A DNA stretch of 63,993 nt, filler included, from Dimargaris cristalligena (Eukaryota), in assembly GCA_003614675.1 (NCBI GenBank). It is 4 parts of 4 records of this genome, joined end to end, with 100 filler letters (N's around TTAATTAATTAA, not from the genome) between each part and the next. Parts side by side here need not be neighbours in the genome. Positions count along the whole stretch, not along the records: positions 33,884 to 50,692 come from ML002830.1; positions 50,793 to 63,993 come from ML003002.1; 2 more parts are not named here. One strand, written 5' to 3'. The position numbers were made by a program, and so were the translations under genes. Positions 48,461 to 63,278 of the stretch are shown piece by piece (the stretch's first letter is position 1; each line of letters begins with the position of its first letter). The notes beneath the pieces were generated by a model. It saw nothing but the letters and a program-made list of their open reading frames with translations. It was not told where the DNA came from and made no database searches.

Positions 48461-50418
48461 TTTGGCTTGAAAATAGAAAGAAAAGATAAAACGGAAGGCT
48501 CGGGATTACGGATAAAGAGTGGTAAGGGCAGTGGTCAATTTTCTATTACTAATAAAAAAAATCAACGACCAAGCTGGCAAATCCCTCTAATATTGGATAA
48601 ATATGTCGGTGGATAAACGGAGGGCAAGGAAATAAAAGGAAAGGTGTGGGGGGGAGAGAACCAAGCGGAAATGGGATAACAATAAAGAGATGGCAGGTCG
48701 GGGAGTGCTTTATATATAAAATTTCCGGCGAGGGTGTCAAGCGAACCGAGCCATCTCTTTCAGGTACGCAGGGTCCACCACCATGTATGTATTCTTTCCT
48801 TCCCTGTTTCCTTTAATCTTGGCCTAATTTTGCGATGCCTTTACCCAATGATTAGTCCAGAAACCCTTCCCAGAATTAACAGTAGCAGGAGGGGTGAAGA
48901 GGAAGAGGAAACGGAGACTAGCCGGCCTTTTGCCAAGTTTCGCTCGTTGGCCATTGGCTTTTACACGGCCGTTTGTGATTACTACCGCGTCTTCTAAGAA
49001 TCCCTGTAGCATGTGTAGTTTTCCTCACGGGGGCTTCCCTCCCTATATACTTGTATTAATTAGGGGCTAGTGATGCCTTACATATCCACCCGGCGGAACA
49101 TGAATTCGGCATAGCGGCCTATTGGTAACGAGAGGCATCCGACGGAGGCCAACCCTTACAGAGGAGGGACGGGGGAAAGAGAATGGGAGGGAGAGATACA
49201 TAGAGAAAAGAGGGGAGGAGCTCGACATTCTTTCTCCGTATCGGGCTCGTTGAGTTTCGAGTGGTTCCACCGTGGTTATTCGCGACAAAAAAGATCTAAA
49301 TATAATGGGGGCTTTTGGACCAATTCACCACCGTGCCAAGACCGATTAGAGACCAGGCCTAATATATTATGATTCAGGCCGAATGGATCCCTCTGTTGTT
49401 GGCTAACTAACTTAATGGGGTGCGTCCCTTTATCTCTCCATTGAGGTACTAAAACCAGGCGGACTGCCCCCGTTGGCATCTTTTGCCAATATAGTCAAGT
49501 TTAGGCGAGTATGTATGTATGGAAATGGACCCGGATTCCGATTACCGTTTTATATTAACATTACAGAATCCGACCCTCTCTTCTTCCCCTTGATACGTTC
49601 ACCTCGGCGTTGTATTAGACTGCGCTGTTTGAGTATAAAATTATCCAACGGTAGATGTAGGCGGCCATTACCCTCATAGCTCACTGTTGACGGACTAGGG
49701 TTTATTCCTCCATTTGGGTTTGCGAGGCATGTGCCATAATCTGAGGGCTACTTTCCGAAATGTAATATGTATATTTACTCCGCGTTAAAAATATCCGAAT
49801 AGAGAGCGACCCAAAGCAATCGTTAGAATCGGCTAAAGTACCCCCCCCCCCACACATGCTATGTCACATAATTTCCTTTACACGCCTCTAATATGATTAT
49901 TATTAAAACGAGGTAAACATCACAGAGCTATTGTGCACTGTTTAATGAATAATAATAATTAGCCAAGTCTTCCCTGTCAAACAAAGCGCTTTTAAGCCCC
50001 CGAGAGAGTATATATGCATTTATTGATTTCATTCGACATATCGCCACTGGGTTGGTTAGCTATTGATGATTTCCCTCTTTACGGGAACCGCGGAACGCGG
50101 AGTCTCCTTTATCACAACCCCACCACCTCCTTCCCTTCCTCACACCCGCCTCGCATTCTGTGACTAGTGGACATTGCTTTTCCTGACTTTACTACTGCCT
50201 CTCCTATACTTCTTTCCAGTTTTCCGCATTCTCCGAAAGGCCTACTACTACTAGCAGTGGATTTTTTCCCCCTCGGTCCCCCCATTTCCGGTTCGTTTAA
50301 CCTTATTCTCCCCATTTTTCTCATTCAGCATTTCTAAGCATTGCGACGCGTACGTGTCAGTTTCGCAGTCCCTAAACTCCCCCCCCCACCACCTCCCCCT
50401 TCCGACCCATTGTTCACC

Positions 50419-50476
50419 ATGGCCGACGAAAAAAATGCCCTAAAGGAGCGGTCGAAGACGCGCATCACAGCAATAG
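50419..50476 (+). CDS. Possible first exon of a gene truncated by the gap (MADEKNALKERSKTRITAI|GTAAGC)
   Basis: CACC-ATG context after a pyrimidine-rich leader, followed by a canonical donor site. Confidence 0.35.
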
Positions 50477-50692
50477 GTAAGCCCTGAAACTCTCTCATTT
50501 CAGACCTAGCACTACCACCACCATGCGGCTCCTTCTTCTGTACTAGGTCCCTCCGCCCAGCACAGGCGTAGGGTTGGGTGGAACTTCCGTCGTCTCGGCA
50601 GCGGTCCAGACTGGGCCTGTGGGCGGCGCTCGTGGATTCGCTTGGGTGATCCCCCCCCCCCCCCCCCCCCCCTTCCCCCCCCCCCCCCCCCC

Positions 50693-50792
50693 NNNNNNNN
50701 NNNNNNNNNNNNNNNNNNNNNNNNNNNNNNNNNNNNTTAATTAATTAANNNNNNNNNNNNNNNNNNNNNNNNNNNNNNNNNNNNNNNNNNNN
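50693..50792. other. Artificial contig spacer
   Basis: Ns plus TTAATTAATTAA, preceded by a poly-C contig end. Confidence 0.97.
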
Positions 50793-51715
50793 AAAAAAAG
50801 AAAGGGAGAAAGCTATTGTTAGCTATTCTTTGAACAGGGGTGCAGTTGGGCCAGGGGTAGTGTGAATGCAGGGGTATCATCTGGTAGATATTCATCCAGG
50901 CTGTATAACAAATAATCCATTTAATGAGGTAAATATTACTGGTCAAAAGTTATTCTCTCACATATTATCTCATATATATATTGTATAAAATCTTATACAG
51001 TTGGGTTGAAGTTCACCCATCTGGTCAGGGGTAGGGGTGCATCACAGTCAAGGGTATATAATATACTAATGGAAAAAATACTATACTAATAAAAATGGAG
51101 GAAAAATGACTATACTCATCAGGGGCAGGGGCTCATTTACTCATCAGGGGTGTACTTCCAATAAGTGTAAAAAATAGATAAAAATAAAAGTAGGTAAAAA
51201 TGTGGTAAGTTCACCACATAAGTGATAAGTGATAACCCCATAGTGCTGGGAGTGACCATGGGGTATTTAATATGGTGCTATAAGGCCTGATATGGTGGAC
51301 AATCATTCACTTAGATTAGGTTGGATTAGAAGGGCTGACAAGGCAGATGAGTACTGATGAGATTCTAATTATGACCAGAAAGAAGAGTAGGGAGATATCA
51401 GGTTAGGTAGGTTGTATTATTCAGAGTGAAGCCCGTGCTGGACTCTTATATAAAAAATTGGGCCATGGTTAAATTGGGTGGTAGGCCACTGTCCAATAAA
51501 GTACATAGGTGTAACCCAATGCATCTCTATATTGGATTTAAAATGAAATGTGAAGAGCAAAATAGGCAGGGAAATAGATTTTGGCCAGTCAAACCAGACT
51601 TATGGACTCACACTTTTTTTCCCCTACACAATAGCCTAACTAATCCTATATGATTATTAGTCACTGCAATACCACCCATTATGCCCTCTCCAGTGGCCCT
51701 TGTTGAAACCCAATA
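50793..51715. mobile_element. CpG-depleted repeat relic containing MITE-like copy 3 (50878-51024, inverted)
   Basis: I counted only one CpG in ~920 bp. ttcatccaggctgtataac...aatattactggt...ttatacagttgggttgaagttcacccat is the reverse complement of copies 1 and 2. Confidence 0.65.
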
Positions 51716-54207
51716 GGCCGACGAAAGAGGAAACCATCATATAATAGGAGACTATATTCGCCAAGAGCATTTGCCATGTTCATTCATTATGTAATGTAGT
51801 TGAGGGTGTGTTCAAATATAGTGGTTGCTTATCCGAAAGTTGTGTATAGCACCCCCTCTTCCTCGCCTTGATCATTTAACCGTCAGGTTTGGCCAGGCTT
51901 TGAAAAATATATGCGGGCTATCCAGCCATTCATTGGCTTTCAACCCATATGATTCATGTACCACCGAATGTAGTATCCGAGAGGCCGAGCAATGGAGCGC
52001 GCTGGTATTGACCAGCCGTTTAGGTAGTCTGGGATATCACTGGACAAAGCTTCACCACAACCAATAGAAATTACTCACCGGGGTTATTCATGGAATAGAA
52101 GAGAGGGGGAAATGAAACGAAAATAGTAGCGTACCCTTTCTACTAACTACTGTTTAGTCTCGTTACAGTACAAAATTAGCTAGTCAAGCTATAGCCTCGC
52201 TGGTTGAGAGTCGGAGTATACTTTGGGCGTCTTTTGGATGGCAAGGGGAGAGGTGATTCCAGAAGGGCCTACTACTCTAGGAATGTAACTAACTAGCTCC
52301 CTAAAGGTGGGTATTTCGAAACTTATAATGCTATCGAAATGGATACGGCCATAATATTGACTGCCCCATTTCCATGGGGTCAAGGGAAATAGATAGGGCG
52401 TGCCAGTTGCAGAAATGGGTCTAAAGCCAGGGTCTCCAAATTGCTCGAAACGACAAAATAGGAGCAGGAGAATGACGCACATGTGTTGTTTGAGGGGAGA
52501 AGATACAGTCTCCCGATTTACGACCATTTATTTTAATGAAGTAGTAGATATTATATTCCACTGCCGCCGGGTATATTTAAACTTAGGTCACTATTTCATA
52601 TGTATGTGGTATTAGTTTCTCCTTGCTGTAAAAGTTCCTCCACGTACGCAATTCTTGAATTATGCATTCGTGCGTCCTTTTTTACCGCTACCCGGGTTTG
52701 CCAAATAACACTTCCATTCATATGATGTTTGGTGTCCAAATATCTCGGATTTAATTACTTCAGCACGGACAAGCTCATTAGCATTGTAGTTATGTACTGC
52801 TGCAAAGTGCAGGATGGGGGGATACCTACTTTTTATCAATTTTTATCACATACGGCCATTTTCCGATTAAATCATGTTGCCATGAAATATGTATTGCCAT
52901 CGCCCCAACGAAGCATTCTTCCGTCACCTCTGAAATCGCGAGTAGGAAACAACCACCGATAGCGAGACCTGTGCGCAAAATTAAAGAGCGTCTGACGAAA
53001 GACCATCGTTGCTACCTGCGTGGACACCTTCAGCTAATCCTAAAGACAAGTTCTGATGTCCAGCGTATTTAACTTCACCGATTGTGTTCCTTATGTCGGG
53101 GAGCACGAGTACGTGCGTGAACATAACCCATAGTACGATTTAGAGTCCGTCTTAGATTATATTGCCCGTTACGACTACTCGCTTCCAAGATTTTCTTAAT
53201 GAATACATAATTTTGTGAATATATCCCTTAAAATGATCGCGCATGTTCATTAATTTTACGCGAATTCACGAGGGTAAAGCTGTAAGTTACCAGGATCCTT
53301 TGAGCTCGTTAATGTTGATCTAGTTTTATCAATTTATTCGATTTATTTGATAAATAGTAGGAGGTCCGTTTCAAATTACAATGTCCCAAAATTTCCGCCA
53401 CTGTTCTGTCTTTTCGAAAGAGGCAGAGTCCCCGACAACATATTCCGCATTGTCTCTGTTTTCCCGGCTTATATCACCGAAGGAACAGTGGTTTTTTCCC
53501 AAGCACCCCGCCCTGGTCCGGTTCTTCTCAACCCAGACGGAGCACATCGAATCCTCCCGGAACCCTGGGTCCTGGCACTACAATCATGCTACCAACCTCT
53601 CCTATACACTACTGCCCCTGGGTACCAGTGGAAAAATGGACATAATACCCTGTTGGGATGAAGAGCAGTTAAAATGTTTCTTTTATACAAATACCCGTTC
53701 GCCACTAACACACCTTTAACTATAACTGCTGATAGTTACGAATTGGTTAAATACCAACTTCCTCGACCCTGTGGGTAACCTAGTCATTTTATATACATTC
53801 CACCCATCCTATTAAAAAGATATACTAACCCAGGACCCTCTCTTGTTTCGTTGGCATCATTGCCGAGCCCTTTCTCTTGGAAATCTCCATTTTTACGCCA
53901 CATCATGCGATTCCCCTCAATGTTTACTTTGCGTGTCAATATATTTGCGTCTGAATAAATAGCTGATGTAGTTTATTAGGAGACTAACAATTGGGAATTT
54001 TGACAATTATGTATGTTAAAAAATCTATTGAATAAAGCTGCCTGAGATCGCGGCTAGCTGTTATTGAACCCTAAGCCATCTACAAGGCAGTTTCTCTGCG
54101 CTAATACCATTACTATAACTAAAATGTCTTATAAATCAAAAGTTCTAAAAGAAACAAAATGCACGCCCACGGTGCGTACAGACCGGTAATGCTTTGTCTA
54201 CCAGCCT

Positions 54208-55414
54208 TTAACCGCGACCAGTAAACAAGTTGGCGATAGTTGAAGCCCAGCCTCCGATTAATGACTGACCTATCCCGTCGTCGATCAGCCACACAGTGAA
54301 TGATTTCTGAGCTTTGGTAAATGGCAACACCTCGTCCTCATCAAAGTGCCCAATTTTGCGGCAAGCTTGGTTGTCGAGCGACTTTAGCTCTGGTTCTGGG
54401 ACCTCTTTTTCGGTGTCCTTGAAAAGGTGGTCGAGAATCAGCTTGGCCCTGCTATAACCAAGGAGGCCGGCGCAAAATGCAAGCATTTTTTGCATATGGT
54501 ACTTATATCCCAACAGATTTTCTCCAAGGGTAGAAGTGCGCGAAATGCTTAGAGGTAGATTGTTGAGAACGGCTAGTAGGGCTGACCTGTCGATGTCCAT
54601 GCCGAGGGATTTGGTCAGCACCTGTTCCAAACTATTGTGGCTTTTGGGGTCTGCGACGATGGCTAAAAGCACTTGCTTGGATAGTGTTTTTCCAATGTAT
54701 TTCTCCAATGTGACGGTGTCCAGCTTTACGTTTGGGGTATTTGTATTTACTTGGTTGGCCCAGACGTCTACCAGACGGTCTTCTTGGCTATCGAGCAGCC
54801 ATTGGATGCCCTCAATGTAGGCCAGAGAATCAAGCGGTTTCTGAGGTGCGCACCACAAGAGGGGGAAATTTTGGCTCTTTTGATCATCCGACAGTTTACT
54901 CCAGTCGATCACCCGGGGCTCAGGTTGGCTGCCGATGTAAGGTACCTTGTCTATAACGATGTGAGTCGTAAGGTCGTCGCTAATCCACCCTAGAATCCTC
55001 TTGAGTAAGTCGATAGTATACTCCACCGATTCATACATTGGGCCGCCTGCCGTGCTTACCCGGAAATAGTCCGCCAGCTCACTAAGCTGCTCACAGTCAG
55101 TTGGACTCGGACCATTGATCTAGGCATATAAGTGAAATTGGGGGGTTTAGAGTTACTATTTAATATTTAATCACAGCTGGCGCTGGGGTACATTAATCTA
55201 GATTAATTCGAAACTGAGTGGTTTCAACCAGCTAGGCTTTGTGATAAGAGGTTAGGATTGGATAATGGGACAAATTACTTACTTTGAGTGACACACTTTT
55301 GGCTAATTGGGACACGGACTCGCCCTGGGATTGAATCGAAGCCCCATTACTAGATACAATCATTAAGCTCAGGGACAGAGCAATCCATTTCAGAGAGGGG
55401 GCGTGTATAAACAT
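54208..55414 (-). CDS. Secreted lineage-specific protein; exons 55414-55283 and 55119-54208 (~347 aa)
   Basis: Signal peptide MFIHAPSLKWIALSLSLMIVSSNGA; phase-0 GTAAGT...TAG intron; IDWSKLSDDQKSQNFPLLWCA motif. Confidence 0.75.
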
Positions 55415-56264
55415 TGGGGCGGGCTGGGTAGGCTGGATAGGGAGGTATAGTAATGAAAATTGAAACGTGAGTTTCCAAAGAATAAATGAAGCGATTAAAA
55501 GCGGCCAGAGACTATAGCTTAGCTATATCGTTATGCAGATATGGAAGAGGTAAAGGGGAAATCACATCTAAATATATATATTTCTCTTTTCGTGAATTGT
55601 CGGGGACCTCGGGTGCAGGTTTATGTGAATGAAGGATACACCAAAAATAGACCTTGCGTTTAGTCTATTATACGGCGTTTAAAATAAGCCATAATTTTAT
55701 ATAGTACGTTTTTTCTCCCAAGCTAATGCGGTCATGTGGCTGGGATCAATACACCTACTCTACTTAGGCCAGCCCCTTGAGTAACTGTTCCATCGAATAA
55801 TGGGGTCGGGAGTGCAAAGGGTCTTTGTGGCTGCTACGCTCTCTATTGGCACACTCAGGGTTCATTTTCAAGGGCACCTTGTTCTAAGATCCCTTTATTC
55901 CCACCAATTAGTCCTCGCATTGCTGCCTGAGGTATAGTAGTCTAGGCGGAAAAGCAGGGGGATATGCCAACTATTCACCCTTTATAGTCCATTATTTTGG
56001 CTCTATAAAATATATAGGTTTATACTGAGATGATATCCGACCAATCGGGGGCCAGCATACTCAAAACACTAACGTAAGGCCTTACGAATTTACCTATATC
56101 TCGGCCCTCGCTACCCTACATAAATTAAAGATATTCCCTTTTTTTACTAAAAACATCGCTAATTATCTACATTACCTATTAAAGAACTTATTGCCTGCAT
56201 GGCAATTTATCAACTAATTTCGATACATAATAAGGGGGAACCAGTAAACTGGTCACTAAGCTAT

Positions 56265-58680
56265 GGATAAAAGAGAAAACAAATCAAAAGGAAAAAAGAG
56301 GAAACCCGCTGGCAGCAAAGGGAGAGTGCAGGTGTGGGGTAAGAGGCGAGGGTGGGAGAGCCCCAACAAAAAAAGAGAAAATATAAGGAGAAAAGGGCAG
56401 GCTGCAAGGCTGACTGTCCCTATATTTGAATATTATCATTGGTTAATAAAGGTGGAGTCCCCTCTAAAAAGGGGATACCATTTCATTATTATAATAATAA
56501 TATAATAAGGTTTAATATACCTTTATAATTGAGGGGGAAATAGGCTGGGTACTCTATTATGGAAGTTTGATCAGTAAAACCTTCCTTCTAGATGGTGTCC
56601 ACTGATTGGCCATATACACCCATGCAATAACTATTGGGTTACACAGTATCAATACTAATAGTATCTGGTACCATGTAGTTCACACCATTCTGGCATATAC
56701 AACCACACTTTCTGAAACACCAGGAAGCTAGTCTCAAAGTGACATTGGGGAGCTAATATATGGCTGTATAATAGGTAGCTTGTTTATAGGAAATGAACTT
56801 GGCATAATTTAAGTGGGCATTAGGTTCTGGAGCAAAAGATTTAAAACCCCCCACATTGATAAGGTTTACCTCAAATTAGGTTTCTATATTATACTCAGCT
56901 ACCCCAATTTCCATTTCCCTAGAAACTGTTTAGAGTTGTTACAGTCATGTTGACTATCCTCAGCAGGTGCTGGGTTATCTAGTGGCGGATCCTTCCATAT
57001 AGGGAATACACTATATCAGCTAATAGGAATAACCCAGAGAATAACTATAGTACCTGGCCTAGGGCTGGTAGAGGACTTATACTGTGCCCCCTACTCCCCT
57101 CCATGGATCTAGGAGGTTACCTTTCTATTCTATTTAATATATATTATTTAATATTTTAATAAGACTTTTATAAACATTATAGGATCTAGACATTTAAATC
57201 CTAGTGTATATGTAGTACTATCTGGAGGTCAGCACTTATCCCTAGCCTATGGACAGCCAGTTATCATTGTCAGGGGGCGGAATATAATGCAATATACAAT
57301 GGTGGTATCATTCCCAGTATTTTCCCACTGAAATTACCACCTATACTGTGGTATACACAAAAAAAAAGATATATTTCTTTATACTCACAGTTTACATTAA
57401 AAAGTCTGCCATTCTTCCTTGCATTTAAAAGTCTGACCTATTTTTTGGTGGATTCCTTATCATTCCATTCTTGTCCTTTTTTCTACATCCCTTTCCTTGT
57501 ATCCAGTGGCCCCTAAGGCCCATGGGATGGTTACATTAGTAAGCAGCAAATTCCTGCTTGTTTGGAGGAACAATAATCATTGCTCATTTTAAATTTCAAA
57601 CTCATTTTACTATTCCTTAAACTTGACAATGACTTTAATTGATTATTAGTTATTAACTCACTTAGTTTTATTATTTCTCAATAAACTTTGATACTCCTCA
57701 TTTATCCCCCTGTTCCCCATCTGGTTTACTAACTATCTGCCCCTCTGTAATCCCAACATAATGACACCTAACTCTGCCCCTGTCTCCTCTAACTCTGTGA
57801 ATCTCCAATCTTCAATAACCAGGGAGCTGGCTACCACAACTTTTGGCCATATTGATAAGGAGGCTGCTGCCTCCTCACAAAACCCAAAGGCCACTAGTAA
57901 TAGGCCAGACCTCCCAGGTAGTATATATGCTACACCATCAAACTATCTAATCCTCTTTAAACTGGATGCCTTAGTGTATATCCCTATTAGGCCTTATAGC
58001 TCCATATTAACCTTCCCATGGTAACCCCCAGTACTATGGGATCATCCTATATTTTATAACCCTTCCCCTTCTAAACTCTGCCTCTTTGCACTAATTACTC
58101 AAGTGCTGATCTGAAGACTCTTCCAGTTACTATTAGAGTCTTCCAGATACTAGTGGCTGCCTGGTTAGCTTATTTACTTATACTATAGCCTTAGTAATAT
58201 TCTTCCCTTAGGACCTCCCTCTGGAGTTGTCCCTATATATATATAACTAGGCCCTATTAGGGCTGGTTAGATTTCTTAGCTCATTCTTACCCCTTAGTTT
58301 ACCCTTAATAAACTCTATATACACCCACTCCCCTCATATACTAACTAGTAAGTGTGCCCACTGCACATCCCTCACCTATACCTATACTTAGCCTTTATTA
58401 GTTAGTACTGTGCCTGTACCTGATACTAGAGCCTGCTTAGCTAAGCCTATCCTGGGGACTCTTAATAGACTAAGAGTAGTAAACCTGGGCAACAAAGATA
58501 ACTAATGAAGGAGTAGATAGGGATAATAAGGATAGTGAAATCAATGATAAGATCCAAAGGATAGGCAATACCACTCTAACAAGGGAGGAAATTCTGCTGG
58601 TTCCTTATAGTAATTCCCAATAAGCCAGTTTAGGCTGCTACTTGCTAGTGCAGGGCCAATGGACCAAAGCATACAAAGGG
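56265..58680. mobile_element. Nested, decayed CpG-depleted transposon relics, including an LTR-like segment ending at 58494
   Basis: About two CpGs between 56350 and 58680. Homology to 4748-4985 (at 56265-56495) and to 108-340 (at 58290-58494). No long ORF. Confidence 0.7.
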
Positions 58681-59344
58681 AAGTCGGAAAGTACAGTAGA
58701 AAGAAAGATCAGACTTTAAATATGTAAAGTTGACAATATACATTTGCATTGTAGTTATTTTTTTGGTTAGTATTACCAATGCAAAGCTAACAATCAGGTT
58801 TTCTGTAATTGGAGTGACCTATTGAGGAGGGGCAACTCACCTGCCAATTCGCCTAGCAGTCGGTAAATCGCAGAAAACAATTGGCAGTAAAGTGGGACCT
58901 CGGAATACAGCGCATTTTTCCTCCTTTCACTAGGGGGAATATGTCACCCACAGTCGGGGACAAATATAATACCATTGGGTGGCACCGTCCATGCAATCGA
59001 TAAGTTACCCAGCCTGTTATGCAGGGCCAGCATCAGCCCGCCACGCCCGACGTAGGCAGCCCAATTTTAAATCAACCAGTTATACATTTCTAAGGAATTT
59101 ACATATACGAGTATTGATTGATAGAATAGTTAGATCGGAATATACAGCATTTGAAATGGTCGAAATGTAGATCAACATAGTTTTGAAGCTTTGTAAGACC
59201 AACTCTGACATTTCATTGTTTTGGGAGAAATAGAAATGACTTGTAAATCACGAATCGGTCATAATAAAATCAGGACCAACTTGTGAGTTGAAAAACTTTT
59301 GTGTGTGTGCTGTTTTATATATATCACTAATAATAAATGGTCCC

Positions 59345-60891
59345 TTAAAAAGCATACTCGCGGTACTTCCACCCTTCGGGAGGTGTGGTCTTCGAATTTC
59401 CGAGCAAGGGACTCTTACGGAAGCCGAGCGAAGGAACGGTAGTGTGAAGGTTGCCTATATCATCCAACCACATGTATTCATTATTGAGATACGGCAGACC
59501 TCCCGCCCCCTTAGTGGCCTGATCGCATGACTTATCGTCGAACCACTCCTCCTCCAAATGCTCGGCCGCTACCGTCAAACCGTCTTGGTAAAGCTGATCC
59601 ACATACAAACACTGGTAATGCATGGCCCGTGGGAGATCCGCATCCCCAGTGGTATACCCGAACGTGACGTATTCCCGCATCCAGTCTGTACGTTTGCTAT
59701 CGTCATTCAGAGCGGCCAGAGTGGCCACGAATCGGGCATGTTGGCCAATCAGTTTGGCCTGTTCGGACGGGGCATCATCCCCGTCGGCCGGAGTGGCTGA
59801 ACCATAGACCAACGCTTCGGCAGTTTCAAAGTAATGCTTGATGCTTTCCCAATCATTCTGGCCGTGGAGTCGCCACAGGGCAGTCGTGATAATCCGGTCC
59901 ACCACCACCGGGATGATCACTTGGGCCTGATTGTACTCCATATAACGTTGGTCGAGGTCCTCGAGATTGGGACTGAATTCAAGGCTAGAATCGAGACCCG
60001 TGGCGAAAACTCGCATCCCTCTCTGGTTTCGGGTTCGACTGAGATGGGGCCGGATAGGTAAGAGTTTGGTTAACCACGCCAGGTGTTTATTCGTCGCGCC
60101 CCACGCCAGCGGAAATTCCCGCCGGAGGGTCTCCTCGCTAGTGCCATCCAAATCGAAAGGAACGCGGTGACTGTTGCGGAGGAGAGCCCGGGCCATAGGT
60201 TGGTTTCCGACTAGCCCCAACGGCGACTGTGGTGAGTGATAGTTTTTCGGTGCCGCTAAAGAGGGCCAGTCCGCCTCGTCGTCAAAATCGAATATGTCTT
60301 CGTCTTCACGGGGCCGAATGGACGCCATGTACACGTCCCAGGTTTCCAGAGGGGCCAGATTATACCAGAGCCGGGAGGCCTTGTTCCAGGATACTTCGTG
60401 ATCGAGTAGTCCTTTCAAGGTATGGAAGTGCATATCCCAATGCTTGAGAATCTATACCGGATATTTCGAATCAGTGGATATTAATTTTTTTTGGGAGGGG
60501 GGCATAGAGGTGGATCAAAAGATGTGTATATTGGGAATTGGTTAATGTATGCTGGCTTGTATTCAATGATACACCGTATAAATGCGAGAAATCCTTAAAC
60601 CCCGCCAGAATTAGCTATAGTTTTTTTTACCTTTTCCGCGTTGGGAGTTACAATAGGTCGAGGGATAGACCCACTGCTGTCACTGGACGGACTGGACGAT
60701 TCGGCGGAGTCATCGAGGCCGGGTGGGCTTAGCATAAGCTTGTGAGAGACAATGCCTCGGGCCCCGTCAGCGATAACAATGGGTTCGGCCAGGTTATTGG
60801 GCTTATTTCCAAAGAGCCAACCGGGAGGTTGAGATGTGACTTGGCTGAGGTGAAGTCCTACCAAAGCAAATACGGAGATTAACGCCCTCAT
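59345..60891 (-). CDS. Secreted lineage-specific protein; exons 60891-60631 and 60451-59345 (~455 aa)
   Basis: Signal peptide MRALISVFALVGLHLSQVTS; phase-0 GTAAAA...TAG intron; tandem paralog at 63279-63993. Confidence 0.78.
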
Positions 60892-63278
60892 GGTTTATAC
60901 TAAGCGAATCACCCACTGTGGTAAGAATTGCGGAAGAAGATAGGTAAGGTACTGGCGAGAAAGGTGGTTTGGTAAAAGTCTGCCTAGAAAACCAAGTACA
61001 ATAAGTAGAACAAAGTGTCCAAGGTTTTTTCTTCTTTGCGATAGATAGTATGGTGATAAGACTGGGATAGTAATGAGAAGGGTGGAAATGGGGTAGAACA
61101 TCAACTCCAGATAAGTGGATAAATCATGAATAATGGAGAGGCGGTGTAGGTCCTTTATATACCCTTGTTATACATAGTCCAGCCCTAATACAGGGGGTGT
61201 TGGGATATGTCAAACCATAGTGGTCAGGATTTTTGCGTTACTCTAGCTGGCTATGGGTGGTAGTCTTCGTGGGGAGGCTGGACTCTCGAGATAGTCGCCA
61301 AATATTATAATAGTAATATATACTTATAAAAGAGAGACGTAGCCTCTACTCAACTTTGAATAGAGGCCCTAGGTTGGACCCCCTTCCCCCTTTCTCCCCT
61401 TTACCTTCTCCCACCACTCATCTCCATGGTTGTACATGTAAAGCTATCGGAAGCGAGGCGTTTGGGTCGTACTACCATGGTCAAGCAAGTGCACCAGTAA
61501 GGGTATGGGTGTATGATTAACTCCCAAAAGTGGTCGAGTGTCCTTTAAGGAGAAATTGCAAACTGATTTAAACACTTGAGTAGTGTTGGCACATGCGTAA
61601 AACAACCCTATTACAATTCTCACAAACCCAATGGCAGGGTATGTTTAGATCCGATGGTTATACACTGATTTATACATCTCTGGATCTCTACGCGGCTGTG
61701 TTTTAATGAGAGCGGGTAATTTTCTTAAATCCGGCCTTGTTGATTTTTCGTACCCTGACCAAGTAGGCTTCACTGCCACGATATTATGAAGACGCCAGCC
61801 CATCTGGGGGTTCCAGCGACTACTTTACTCATAAAATTGTGCTAAATACAACCTACACCCATTTACTTTAGGACAAGGTGTCGGTGATTACCATCGATGG
61901 CTTTTAATTATCCTTGGAGTTGGATAGTTATTATTAGAGTTGCCCCCCCCATGCTATAGTATAGTGGCGAAATGGGACTGTGGACAGGGAATGTATTTGG
62001 GACCGATATATAAATCACCCCAGACGTACAAAGCCATGGAGTGGGTGTTACAGGAAGGGGTTCCAGGAAGGTGGTGGCTAAGGTAAACTCATTCGTCCAA
62101 TGTACCAAAAAAGGGTGGCTGTAGTTGGGGAGAAGGGGGGGATGAGGGAAGGGATGAGGGGGGTGGGGTATCCAACCAGCTGGTGGTTGGTTGATGGCCA
62201 TGGAAATAACGCCCCCTATGTAGATTTTCAAAGGACTATTGGCCATAATTCGAGCCCTTAATTCGGCACCAGAATAGGCATGGGGTGTTTTGCATGGCGA
62301 GTCTTTTAGGCGGGCGTATGGCCCTGACTTTCGGGTTTTAATGAAGACAATGCTTGGCATTTTAGGGTGTGTTGGCAACCGAAAGCAGGAGGTGACTATT
62401 GAATGGTAGCAGCAAGATCTAAGAAGTTTTACAACCGCCGCACGAATACTTGGCATGATGAAGGATGGGGTTGGTGTAAGGATTGGGGTTCCTACACTCC
62501 CCCCGTTACTTTCCAATAGTATACATTTGACAATGAGTTGAATGATGGACCGAATGAAGACGAGCTATACCACTTAAAAGCGGTTTATTGGGGAACCCTT
62601 TTTCGTCTGTATTAACAGGCTTAAATGGGGCAAATTGGGCAGATGGAATGAAGATAAATTCAAGTGTAGTAAACTATTGTTAAAGCCAACACGCAAAATC
62701 ATAGGCGGTGGGGGCAATTGTCCCTAATAGGATAATGGACATCGCTGCTTCTTTACTTTGAAATTATTTGTATAGGATCCGTAAGGCCAATAAGTAGAGG
62801 GATACGAATACCACCAAGGAAAAAGTCTATATCGCCAACACTTAAAAAAAAATACCATACTCAGTAGGAGATTGGGTACCAATAGAACAAGAGGGAGAAT
62901 CAGTTTATTCAAGAGTATCAGAGAATGCACTACTATCGATAATGGGGTCCTAAGGGACGGAGGGGGGGAACGACAGGAGAGAGATTTCGAAACTAGAGGA
63001 CTGCGATGGTCGATTAAAAGTTGAGAAGGGGGCTAGAAGCCGTGCTTACTCTTGGAAAACGGACAGGTCGTCTTAACCAACTTCTAGGTCGTGATTCGAC
63101 GTGGACTAGCCCGCTATACTAGGCTTCGAAGTTTTCATCATGTAGCCCGTCTATGGCTATATGGCCTGCCTAATGGACACATTGGTATCCCGAGTGAAAA
63201 GGACTAAAGTGGAAAAAGTGACTTATGGCATTAAGCAGTATTACTAGTAGCGCAATCTTCTAGGCAAACGACTTTACC

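Noticed and set aside
50651..50692. Poly-C tract (possible G-quadruplex or telomere)
   Set aside because: Homopolymer at a contig end; length unreliable and no telomeric repeat unit.
52189..53719. ORFs of 100-112 aa on both strands
   Set aside because: No recognisable domain or coherent gene model; possibly pseudogene debris.
61908..62516. 202-aa minus-strand ORF
   Set aside because: Non-ATG start in the ORF track, low complexity and no family signal; cannot be supported as a gene.
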